From NCBI RefSeq assembly GCF_001457615.1, contig NZ_LN831024.1, positions 5,040,001 through 5,072,000 of the forward strand: a DNA stretch of 32,000 bases, in the 5' to 3' direction. The position numbers and the translations under genes were made by a program. This DNA is from Pseudomonas aeruginosa. Lineage in GTDB: Bacteria > Pseudomonadota > Gammaproteobacteria > Pseudomonadales > Pseudomonadaceae. The notes beneath the pieces were generated by a model, which worked only from the letters and a program-made list of their open reading frames with translations, did no database searches and was not told where the DNA came from. Position 1 is the stretch's first letter. Each line of letters opens with the position of its first letter. Positions 21,149-29,364 of the stretch are shown here, piece after piece.

Positions 21149-21799
21149 TCATTGAGAGAGGAAAGCCAGCCGATAGATGCCGATAAAGTTGGGATTGGAT
21201 TCGTCGGGGATCCATCGGGTGTCCTTCCATGTCATGAGTTGTTGCAGGCTGACCGAGCGCATGCCGTTATCGGTCGGGGTGCTGCTGCCGGTGTGATAGG
21301 CGATGGAGCGGCCCATCCAGATCATCAGGTGCTGGTCGTCGCCCTGGTCGTAGAACATCAGGTCGCCGGGGCGCGCCTGGTTGAGGTCGCGACCGACCAG
21401 CCGGCTGTTGAACTGCACCAGCTTGATCGCATTCACATAGGGCCCGACCTGGCCGCCACCCTGCTGCCAGTTCTGCGCCAGGCGCCGTTGCTCGGGACTG
21501 AGCGCCAGCTCCGGGGGCAGGTAGCGGTTGGACAGGCCGTTGGCGCGCAGCCACTTGCCATCGTGGACTTTCAGCGCCTCGTTGGCGGCGAAGCGCACCA
21601 GGCCGGCGCAGTCCTGCTGGTGCCAGCGCGGACTCGGCCCTTGGCGCAACTGTTCCTGGGCGATGCGCACGAACCAGGCGCGGAATACCTGCGATTGCTG
21701 CGGGTCGAGCGTTACCGCGGGCTCGCCGCGGGCAACGCCGCTGGCCAGCAGGAGCAGCGCCAGGCCGAAGGCAGTCAGGCGTCTCACAGCGACCGCCAT
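21149..21799 (-). CDS. magC: MagC: DUF1175 (YfaT-like), NlpC/P60-like periplasmic protein (216 aa from ATG 21799)
   Basis: Signal peptide [21 protein letters not shown]. Motifs [46 protein letters not shown]. The start was chosen within the ORF that reaches 21820. Confidence 0.85.
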   Translation of the reverse strand: MAVAVRRLTAFGLALLLLASGVARGEPAVTLDPQQSQVFRAWFVRIAQEQLRQGPSPRWHQQDCAGLVRFAANEALKVHDGKWLRANGLSNRYLPPELALSPEQRRLAQNWQQGGGQVGPYVNAIKLVQFNSRLVGRDLNQARPGDLMFYDQGDDQHLMIWMGRSIAYHTGSSTPTDNGMRSVSLQQLMTWKDTRWIPDESNPNFIGIYRLAFLSQ

Positions 21800-23553
21800 T
21801 CCAGCGGCAGCCATTGCCACGGTGCGTTGGCCTGGCTTCCGGCAGGCAGCCCGAGGGCGTAGCTGCCCTTGCCGGCGAGGGTTTTCAGGCGCGGCATCAG
21901 GTAGGTGTCGGCGGCATTGCGGAATACCGGCTCCATGTCCTGCGGCAGGCTGTCGAGGGTTTCCCGTTGCAGCAGTTCGGAGAGCGGCTGCGGCGCCAGG
22001 TAGGCCGGTACCAGCGCATCCTTCGGCAACACCTCGGCGAGCGGCGGATAGCGTTTGTCGAGGGTGTCCAGGGCCTTGCCGAGCAACTGGTCGTCGAGGG
22101 AGAACAGCAGGGTCTGGCCATGGCGCGCCATGCCGATGCGGAAGAACGCGCGGCCGCTGATGCTCTCCGGGTTGTCCGCCTGGCTGGCCGGATAGGCGCC
22201 GAAGTTCGAGCTGACCTGGCGGGTCCAGCGGCGGGTCTGGCCATCCACCCGGTCTTCCACCGGGAAGCTGCCACCCTCGACCTTGGCTTCCTTCGCGCCG
22301 ATCACGCGACCGAACAGCTTGCCCAGCTCGTCGTCGAGTTCGGCACTGGCCGGCGCGCTCAACTGGCCCACCAGCAGCGGCGAATGCAGCCGCGAACTGG
22401 CGTACCAGCAGAGACCGGCAGCGCCGCTGAGATGCTCGGAGAAGGCCTGGGCCATCTTCTGCTCGGCCCCCAGACGCTCCAGCATCACCCCGTACAGGCC
22501 AGGGGTGACCGGCAGCGCCACGCAGGCGCTGGCGCCCATCGGCATGGCCTGCCAGACCGGGGCGAAGTCCAGCGGCGGCTGGCGTTCCACCTCGTTCAGC
22601 GCCAGGTAGCTGCTCCAGCCCTGCTCGCCCTTCTCGAAGCGCACCCCGGCGAAGCTCGGGATGAAGCGCTGGTAGCCCATGGCCAGGACGCTGGCATTGA
22701 GGGTGATGCGCTGGCGCAGCTCGCCGCGGCCCGGCAGGCCGAAGCGCTCGGGGAACAGTTCGTCGCCGTCGAGCAGTGCCTCCAGGTCTTCGCTGGCCGG
22801 AGCGTTCAGCGGGCTGTCGTCGCTTTCGCCACCATCGTCGAAGAGCATCCGTGGGTTCGACAGCAACAACAGCCGGTCGCCCTTGGACAGGAACAGCATC
22901 GCCTTGTCGTTGCCGTAGCGCAGGCGATAGACCGAGGTTCCCGCCAACTCGCCGACCTTGCGCAACTGCTGGTCGTCGGCGGCGATATGGGCCAGCGGCT
23001 CGAGCACCCGCGCCAGGCCGCCGCGCTTGAGCACCACCACGAAGTCGCGCAGGCGGCCGTCGGCGCCGCGCCAGAGGGCGACCTGGGCCGGTTGGTCGAG
23101 CAGTTCCTCGACCAGGCTGTCCTTCAGGGTCAGGTCGTGCTCGTAGATGATCCGCCGCAACGTACCGGTCAGGCCGAGGCGGTCGCCATTGTTCTCGTAA
23201 TAGAAGACGAAGTCCTCGGTCAGGGTATCGCGCAGCAACGGCACCTCGAGGATTTCCTTCGGCAGGCGGCTCAGCGACACGCTCTCGATCAGCGCGTCGG
23301 GCTTGCGCAGGTCACGGTAGGCACGTGGCGCGTCGGCGTCCGCGGGTGCCTGGGCGCCGATCGGCTGGCCGAGGTCCTCTTCGGCCGGGCGCCCTCCGCC
23401 GAGCCGCTCCAGCCAGCCCATCTGCCAGGCCAGCACACCGCCGGCGGCCAGCGCGGCGACGATCCCCAGCACCGGCCACAGGGCGCTTCGGGTGCGCGCA
23501 GCGGCGGGCGCAGGGGTTCCGTTGGCAGGGCTGGGGGTGTTGTTCTCGCTCAT
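21784..23553 (-). CDS. magB: MagB: DUF2138 (YfaA-like) membrane-anchored protein (589 aa)
   Basis: Single N-terminal TM ([26 protein letters not shown]) followed by a large periplasmic domain; position between magA and magC. Family assignment is from gene order and general resemblance. Confidence 0.82.
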   Translation of the reverse strand: MSENNTPSPANGTPAPAAARTRSALWPVLGIVAALAAGGVLAWQMGWLERLGGGRPAEEDLGQPIGAQAPADADAPRAYRDLRKPDALIESVSLSRLPKEILEVPLLRDTLTEDFVFYYENNGDRLGLTGTLRRIIYEHDLTLKDSLVEELLDQPAQVALWRGADGRLRDFVVVLKRGGLARVLEPLAHIAADDQQLRKVGELAGTSVYRLRYGNDKAMLFLSKGDRLLLLSNPRMLFDDGGESDDSPLNAPASEDLEALLDGDELFPERFGLPGRGELRQRITLNASVLAMGYQRFIPSFAGVRFEKGEQGWSSYLALNEVERQPPLDFAPVWQAMPMGASACVALPVTPGLYGVMLERLGAEQKMAQAFSEHLSGAAGLCWYASSRLHSPLLVGQLSAPASAELDDELGKLFGRVIGAKEAKVEGGSFPVEDRVDGQTRRWTRQVSSNFGAYPASQADNPESISGRAFFRIGMARHGQTLLFSLDDQLLGKALDTLDKRYPPLAEVLPKDALVPAYLAPQPLSELLQRETLDSLPQDMEPVFRNAADTYLMPRLKTLAGKGSYALGLPAGSQANAPWQWLPLEWRSL

Positions 23554-23591
23554 GGTTCGCTAATCCCGTGTCATCCGTACGAGGGGATGCT

Positions 23592-24401
23592 TCAGTAGGT
23601 AAAGGTCTTGACCAGCACCAGGTCACCGATGGTGCGCAGGGGCACGACGAAGGTCTCGTGCTTCTCGTCGACGCTGTTTTCGTTGAACACCAGGTTGACC
23701 TGCGCGGTGATCACGTCCTGTACGTTGCTGCCGGCCTGGAAGTTGTAGCCCTGGTTGTTGAGGTTGCCCCAGTAGTTCACGTAGATCAGGTAGGTGCCGT
23801 GCAGCGGCGCGCCCATGGTGAACATCTCCGGGCCGGGCCCGTCGACGCCGTCCGGATCGAGGCCGCCGCTGTTGCTCAGGCGCGGATGCGCCCAGTAGGC
23901 GTGCTGGCCATCGGGGGTGACGATATGCAGGTCGAGCTCGGCCTTCGGATCGTCCCAACCCAGCACCACGCGCACGCGCGGCGGCAGTTGGGAGCGATTG
24001 GCCTCGTAGAACTGTACGCGCTTGAGGATCTTGCCGTCGGCGCTGCCGACCTGGACGCCGTTGGAGCCGTGGCCGAACGCATAGGGGCGGACGAAGCGCC
24101 CGGCGCCGTCGGTATAGAGAGGGAGAGGATTGCCGTTGACCACCAGGCGCTGGGCGCGCTCGGTGCCGACCAGTTCGCGCAGGTGTCCTTCGATCAGGCT
24201 GCGGCCGCGCTGGCCGCCGCGATCGATGGGCGGAGTCGGATAGGCGACACGCGGGGCATCGGGCTGTTCGAGCAGGCCGGAATAGCGCCAGCCTGCCGTC
24301 GGACCATCCAGGTCCACCGAAGGCTCGGCTAGTGCAGGCAGCCCGAAGGCCAGTCCGAACAGCACCGACAGGCAGCCGGCACTCGAACCGAAGATACGCA
24401 T
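23592..24401 (-). CDS. magA: MagA: secreted/periplasmic DUF2135-type protein (YfaP-like) (269 aa)
   Basis: Signal peptide MRIFGSSAGCLSVLFGLAFGLPALA. AELDLHIVTPDGQHAYW, GTYLIYVNYWG, ETFVVPLRTIGDLVLVKTFTY, paralogous to MagF. Confidence 0.85.
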   Translation of the reverse strand: MRIFGSSAGCLSVLFGLAFGLPALAEPSVDLDGPTAGWRYSGLLEQPDAPRVAYPTPPIDRGGQRGRSLIEGHLRELVGTERAQRLVVNGNPLPLYTDGAGRFVRPYAFGHGSNGVQVGSADGKILKRVQFYEANRSQLPPRVRVVLGWDDPKAELDLHIVTPDGQHAYWAHPRLSNSGGLDPDGVDGPGPEMFTMGAPLHGTYLIYVNYWGNLNNQGYNFQAGSNVQDVITAQVNLVFNENSVDEKHETFVVPLRTIGDLVLVKTFTY

Positions 24402-24526
24402 GATCAATCCCTGGTCGTGCGATTCATGAAAGTTGCATCTTAACGATTGCGCTGTCCGCTGGATATCCCCGGCGACCGGCGGAATGTGCGAAATCCACCG
24501 CGATTCGACGGAAAGCGGAAAGTATA

Positions 24527-24548
24527 GGGGGCGCCATGCGGCGCCCCC
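24527..24548 (-). terminator. Hairpin between roxR and magA, possible intrinsic terminator or attenuator
   Basis: Perfect 9-bp inverted repeat GGGGGCGCC-ATGC-GGCGCCCCC, 15 nt past the roxR stop. The minus-strand tail TATACTTTCC is only weakly U-rich. Confidence 0.6.
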
Positions 24549-24563
24549 GTTGTCATTTACGCT

Positions 24564-25124
24564 TCAGCGCCGTACCGGCCGCTTCTGCAGCTTGCGCTGC
24601 AAGGTCCGTCGATGCATGCCCAGGGCGCGGGCGGTGGCGGAGATGTTGCCCTCGTGCTCGGCGAGCACGCGCTGGATGTGCTCCCATTGCAGGCGATCCA
24701 CCGACATCGGGTTTTCCGGCACCAGGGTGTCCAGGTCGGCGTGCTCGGAGAGCAGCGCGGCCAACACGTCATCGGCATCCGCCGGCTTGCACAGGTAGTT
24801 GCAGGCGCCGCGCTTGATCGCCTCCACCGCGGTGGCGATGCTGGAATAGCCGGTGAGGATCACCACCCGCATGTCCGCGTGCAGCTCCAGCAGCTTCGGC
24901 AGCAGCACCAGGCCGGAGTCGCCTTCCATCTTCAGGTCGAGCACGGCATAGTCCGGCGTGTCCTGCTGGGCCAGCGCCAGGCCTTCCTCGGCGGAGCCGG
25001 CGGTGCTGACCCGCAGGCCGCGACGGCTCATGGCCCGCGCCAGGACCCGGGTAAAGGTGGGATCGTCGTCCACCAGCAGGAGATGGGGTTGTTCTTCCCC
25101 TTCGAAGAGCAGCTCTTCAGACAT
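24564..25124 (-). CDS. roxR: RoxR: RegA/PrrA-type response regulator (186 aa)
   Basis: Receiver domain LLVDDDPTFTRVLARAMSRRG...YAVLDLKMEGDSGLVLLPKL, and the RegA-type C-terminal HTH GNISATARALGMHRRTLQRKLQKRPVRR. Confidence 0.95.
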   Translation of the reverse strand: MSEELLFEGEEQPHLLLVDDDPTFTRVLARAMSRRGLRVSTAGSAEEGLALAQQDTPDYAVLDLKMEGDSGLVLLPKLLELHADMRVVILTGYSSIATAVEAIKRGACNYLCKPADADDVLAALLSEHADLDTLVPENPMSVDRLQWEHIQRVLAEHEGNISATARALGMHRRTLQRKLQKRPVRR

Positions 25125-25149
25125 AGGCAGGGCCTCTCAGACGGATCAC

Positions 25150-26418
25150 TCAAGCCATTCCGTAGCTGCGCGGCAAGCGCAGTTCGGTCAGAGTGCCGCC
25201 ATCTTCGTGGTTATACAACTTCACCGTTCCACCAGCGCGGGTCACGCTGGCCTGACTGAGAAACAGGCCGAGGCCGAAGCCCTTGCCCTTGGTGGTGAAG
25301 AACGGTTTGCCGATCTGTTCGGCGATCGCCAGGGGCACCCCGACGCCGTGGTCGCGGATACTCAGGCAGATACTGCTGCTGTCCCAGTCCAGGCGGATGT
25401 CGAGGTCGTCGGGACAGGCGTCCGCCGCATTGTTCAGCAGGTTCAGCAGAGCCTGGCTGAGGTCGGTCGGCGGGGTCAGGCGCGGCGCGGAGCCGAGGCC
25501 CAGGCACTGGTAGCGGTAGGAAGCCTCCGGACGCATCAGGTGCCAGCGGCGCAGCACCGATTCCAGCCATTCCGCGGCGCTTTGCTCCTCGATCGCCTGA
25601 CGGCGGTCGGCCTCGGCCGCCCGTACCAGTTGCTGGAGGGTGTGCTTGCACTGCTTGACCTGTTCCTGGAGCAATGCCAGGTCTTCCTGCAGGGTCGGGT
25701 CCTGCGGGCGCTCCTGGCGCAGCTCGTTGAGCAGCACGCTCATGGTCGCCAGCGGCGTACCCAGTTCGTGCGCGGCACCGGCCGCCTGGGTGGCCACCGC
25801 GAGCAACTGCTGGTCGCGCATGCTTTCCTCGCGCCGCTCGGCCTGCATGTGCGCCTGCCAGCGCAGGGCCTCGGACATCTTCACCACGAAGAAGGTGATG
25901 AAGGCCGCCGACAGGGCGAAGTTCAGCCACATGCCGAACAGGTGCAGGTTGATCAGCATCGCCTCGTGCTGAACCGCCTGCAGGTGCAGCGGGTGGTACC
26001 AGATCAGCAGCAGGGTGTAGCCAGTCAGGGCCAGGCCGGAGAGCACCATGGAGTAGATCCAGGGCAGGGTCGCAGCGGCGATGGTCAGCGGTACCAGGTA
26101 ATAGGAGACGAAGGGGTTGGTCGAGCCGCCCGAGTAATACAGCAAGGTGCTGTGGATGATCAGGTCGCAGGCCAATTGTACCGCGTACTCCTGGTCGGTC
26201 ACCGGCCACGGCGCGCGCAGGCGCAGCGCGGTGAACAGAATCAGGCAGGCGGACAGGCCAAGGGTCAGGCCGAGCGCCAGCCACGGCAGCGGCAACAGGT
26301 CGGAGAGCCAGGCGAAACCCACCGAGCCGGCCTGCGCGGCCAGCACGAGAATACGGATGAGGAGCAGACGGCCAAGGTTCTGGCGACTGGCGGAGAGCAG
26401 GAAAACCGGTGCGCGCAT
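25150..26418 (-). CDS. roxS: RoxS: RegB/PrrB-type redox sensor histidine kinase (about 422 aa from ATG 26418)
   Basis: Multiple TM segments, GGSTNPF quinone-binding-type motif, H-box AAGAAHELGTPLATMSVLLNEL, conserved Cys in QVKQCKHTLQQL, N/G boxes NLLNNAADA, GVGVPLAIAEQIGKPFFTTKGKGFGLGLFLSQ. Confidence 0.94.
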   Translation of the reverse strand: MRAPVFLLSASRQNLGRLLLIRILVLAAQAGSVGFAWLSDLLPLPWLALGLTLGLSACLILFTALRLRAPWPVTDQEYAVQLACDLIIHSTLLYYSGGSTNPFVSYYLVPLTIAAATLPWIYSMVLSGLALTGYTLLLIWYHPLHLQAVQHEAMLINLHLFGMWLNFALSAAFITFFVVKMSEALRWQAHMQAERREESMRDQQLLAVATQAAGAAHELGTPLATMSVLLNELRQERPQDPTLQEDLALLQEQVKQCKHTLQQLVRAAEADRRQAIEEQSAAEWLESVLRRWHLMRPEASYRYQCLGLGSAPRLTPPTDLSQALLNLLNNAADACPDDLDIRLDWDSSSICLSIRDHGVGVPLAIAEQIGKPFFTTKGKGFGLGLFLSQASVTRAGGTVKLYNHEDGGTLTELRLPRSYGMA

Positions 26419-26694
26419 GTTTTCTTCCGGAATAAGCGCGAGTATAGCCAAGACGCTGTCGGCAACTCTGCGGCAAAGTGACTCAGAAACCTCGCAGGTC
26501 GCCATCCTGCCCTGTTTCGCCGAGCGCTGTCAGGGCTCAGATCAGTAAATTTCACGTTTTTTCCGAAATCGCCTAACCCGTTCCGGGAAAAGCCTTCGTC
26601 TCATGGTCCAAGACTGGCGTATAGGCGTGTTTGCCACGCCTGCCGGAACGATGCTCTACAGTGTGAATTCAGCCTTAGTACAAGGAGTTGCCCA

Positions 26695-27405
26695 ATGTCT
26701 GCGATTTCCCGCCTGGCCGCCGCCGTCACCCTCTGCGCCGCCAGCCTCTCGGCCGTCGCCGAGGAAGCGCCGCGCTACAACCAGGTCTCGCTGCACGCCG
26801 AAGTCAGCCAGCAGGTGGCCCACGACCTGATGCAGGTCACCCTCTACAGCGAAAACCAGGGCAGCGATCCGGCCAAGCTCGCCGCCGAGACCACCAGCGT
26901 CCTCAACGCCGCCGTCGCCGACGCGCGCAAGGTCAAGGGCGTGACCATCAGCCTGGGCAGTCGCAACAGCTATCCGGTCTACGACGACAAGGGCCAGAAG
27001 ATCACCGGCTGGCGCGAGCGCGCCGAGCTGCGCCTGGAAAGCTCCGACTTCGCCGCCCTCGGCCAGCTTTCCGCCGACCTGCTGGGCAAGCTGAAGATGG
27101 GCGGCATGGACTTCAGCATCGCCGATGCGACCCGCAAGAAGAACGAGGACCAATTGATGAAAGGCGCCGTGGACGCGTTCAAGGAGCGCGCCCAGTTGCT
27201 CACCGAGGCGCTCGGCGGCAAGGGCTACAAGCTGGTCAGCCTGAGCGTGAACAGCGCCGGCGCACCGCGCCCGTACCCGGTGATGCGGATGGCGGCGATG
27301 AAGGCCGACGCCAGCTTCGGTGGCGCCCAGGCGCCGGAGATCGAGGCCGGGACCAGCCAGGTCACGGTCAACGCCGACGGTGTGATCGAGGTGCAGATGC
27401 CCTGA
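26695..27405 (+). CDS. SIMPL-domain (DUF541) periplasmic/outer-membrane protein (236 aa)
   Basis: Signal peptide ISRLAAAVTLCAASLSAVA. RYNQVSLHAEVSQQVAHDLMQVTLYSENQGSDPAKLAAETTSVLNAAVADARKVKGVTI is the typical SIMPL pattern. Confidence 0.92.
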   Translation: MSAISRLAAAVTLCAASLSAVAEEAPRYNQVSLHAEVSQQVAHDLMQVTLYSENQGSDPAKLAAETTSVLNAAVADARKVKGVTISLGSRNSYPVYDDKGQKITGWRERAELRLESSDFAALGQLSADLLGKLKMGGMDFSIADATRKKNEDQLMKGAVDAFKERAQLLTEALGGKGYKLVSLSVNSAGAPRPYPVMRMAAMKADASFGGAQAPEIEAGTSQVTVNADGVIEVQMP

Positions 27406-27423
27406 TCCGGTCGGCGCGCACCA

Positions 27424-27451
27424 CAAGAGGCAGCCTCCGGGCTGCCTCTTG
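27424..27451 (+). terminator. Strong hairpin downstream of the SIMPL gene, likely intrinsic terminator
   Basis: Perfect 12-bp stem CAAGAGGCAGCC-TCCG-GGCTGCCTCTTG starting 19 nt after the stop codon. The following U tract is modest (CGTTTCC). Confidence 0.75.
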
Positions 27452-27657
27452 CGTTTCCACTGTCTCTCGCGCAGCAAACGCGGCCTGCGTCGCGTTTGCG
27501 CAAATTCGAAAATGCGACATTCCCTTTCAAACGGATAACAACATCTACACTGAACCGACCTCGACGCTTGCGGCCGGCACATGCCCTGCATAGCTTCGCG
27601 CAAGACAGCTCACGAGGCTGTCCCTCGCAGACAATCAAAATAACCAGAGGTCACTCC

Positions 27658-29271
27658 ATGCGTAGAAACGCCGTCATCCGCTCCGCGATCATGCCCTCGC
27701 TGCTCGGCGCAGCGCTGGTCGCCGCCGTTCCCCAGGCCTTCGCCAGCAACCTGATCTTCTGCTCGGAAGGCAGCCCGGCCGGCTTCGATCCCGCCCAGTA
27801 CACCACCGGTACCGATTTCGACGCCGCGGCGGAAACCGTCTTCAACCGCCTGACCCAGTTCGAGCGCGGCGGCACCAAGGTCCTTCCCGGCCTCGCGGAA
27901 AGCTGGGACGTCAGCGACGACGGCAAGACCTATACCTTCCACCTGCGCAAGGGCGTGAAGTTCCACAGCACCGACTACTTCAAGCCGACCCGCGAATTCA
28001 ATGCCGACGACGTGCTGTTCACCTTCGAACGCATGCTCGACAAGGATCATCCGTTCCGCAAGGCCTACCCCACCGAGTTTCCCTACTTCACCGACATGGG
28101 CCTGGACAAGAACATCGCCAGGGTCGAGAAGCTCGACGAGCATACGGTGAAGTTCACCCTCAACGAGGTCGACGCGGCCTTCATCCAGAACCTGGCGATG
28201 CCCTTCCCATCGATCCAGTCCGCCGAATACGCCGCGCAACTGCTCAAGCAGGGCAAGGCCAGCGACATCAACCAGAAGCCGATCGGCACCGGCCCGTTCG
28301 TGTTCAGCCGCTACCAGAAGGATGCGCAGATCCGCTTCAAGGGCAACAAGGACTACTGGAAGCCGGACGAGGTGAAGGTCGACAACCTGATCTTCGCCAT
28401 CAACACCGACGCCTCGGTGCGCGCGCAGAAGCTCAAGGCCGGCGAGTGCCAGATCACCCTCAACCCGCGCCCCGCCGACCTCGACGCGCTGAAGAAGGAC
28501 CCGAACCTGAACCTGCCGTCGCAGGCCGGCTTCAACCTCGGCTACATCGCCTACAACGTCACCCACAAGCCGTTCGACAAGCTGGAAGTACGCCAGGCGC
28601 TGGACATGGCGGTGAACAAGAAGGCCATCATCGACGCCGTCTACCAGGGCGCCGGCCAGTTGGCGAGCAACGGCATGCCACCGACCCAGTGGTCCTACGA
28701 CGAGACCATCAAGGACGCGCCCTACGATCCGGCCAAGGCCAGGGAGCTGCTGAAGAAGGCCGGCGTCGCCGAGGGCACCGAGATCACCCTGTGGGCCATG
28801 CCGGTACAACGCCCCTACAACCCCAACGCCAAGCTGATGGCGGAAATGCTGCAGAACGATTGGGCGAAGATCGGTATCAAGGCGAAGATCGTCACCTACG
28901 AATGGGGCGAATACATCAAGCGCGCCAAGGGCGGCGAGCATGACGCCATGCTGATCGGCTGGAGCGGCGACAACGGCGACCCGGACAACTGGCTCGGCAC
29001 CCTCTACGGCTGCGACGCGGTGGACGGCAACAACTTCTCCAAATGGTGCGACGTCGGCTACGACAAGCTGGTCAAGGATGCCAAGCGCACCACCGACCAG
29101 GGCAAGCGCACCGAGCTGTACAAGCAGGCCCAGCACATCCTCAAGGAACAGGTGCCGATCACCCCGATCGCCCACTCCACCGTGTACCAGCCGATGCGCA
29201 AGACGGTACACGACTTCAGGATCAGTCCCTTCGGCCTGAACTCGTTCTACGAGGTCAGCGTCGGCAAGTAG
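27658..29271 (+). CDS. dppA1: Peptide/dipeptide ABC transporter substrate-binding protein (537 aa)
   Basis: Signal peptide [32 protein letters not shown] family 5 signature [47 protein letters not shown]. The start was moved from the ORF track's 27496 to ATG 27658. Confidence 0.93.
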   Translation: MRRNAVIRSAIMPSLLGAALVAAVPQAFASNLIFCSEGSPAGFDPAQYTTGTDFDAAAETVFNRLTQFERGGTKVLPGLAESWDVSDDGKTYTFHLRKGVKFHSTDYFKPTREFNADDVLFTFERMLDKDHPFRKAYPTEFPYFTDMGLDKNIARVEKLDEHTVKFTLNEVDAAFIQNLAMPFPSIQSAEYAAQLLKQGKASDINQKPIGTGPFVFSRYQKDAQIRFKGNKDYWKPDEVKVDNLIFAINTDASVRAQKLKAGECQITLNPRPADLDALKKDPNLNLPSQAGFNLGYIAYNVTHKPFDKLEVRQALDMAVNKKAIIDAVYQGAGQLASNGMPPTQWSYDETIKDAPYDPAKARELLKKAGVAEGTEITLWAMPVQRPYNPNAKLMAEMLQNDWAKIGIKAKIVTYEWGEYIKRAKGGEHDAMLIGWSGDNGDPDNWLGTLYGCDAVDGNNFSKWCDVGYDKLVKDAKRTTDQGKRTELYKQAQHILKEQVPITPIAHSTVYQPMRKTVHDFRISPFGLNSFYEVSVGK

Positions 29272-29364
29272 CTTCGCCTGCCAGCCGCGCCGCCCCGCCA
29301 CGAGCGAGGCGGCGCCTCTCCCCGGGGCGGCCGACCCGGCCGTCCCACTCCAGAGGAGTCATCC

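Noticed and set aside
19227-21155. Long ORFs overlapping magD (642 aa at 19227..21155 +, 646 aa at 17034..18974 +, 601 aa at 18763..20568 -)
   Set aside because: They are in alternative frames of or antisense to magD, are low-complexity Arg/Gly/Gln-rich and lack motifs. The magD frame is continuous and recognisable.
21814-23598. 594-aa plus-strand ORF opposite magB
   Set aside because: Antisense shadow ORF with histidine/glutamine-rich sequence and no recognisable family; magB is coherent on the minus strand.
24433-24817. Small plus-strand ORFs over the roxR end and roxR-magA spacer
   Set aside because: They overlap roxR and the hairpin, with no ribosome-binding site or homology-like motif; nothing supports a real small protein.
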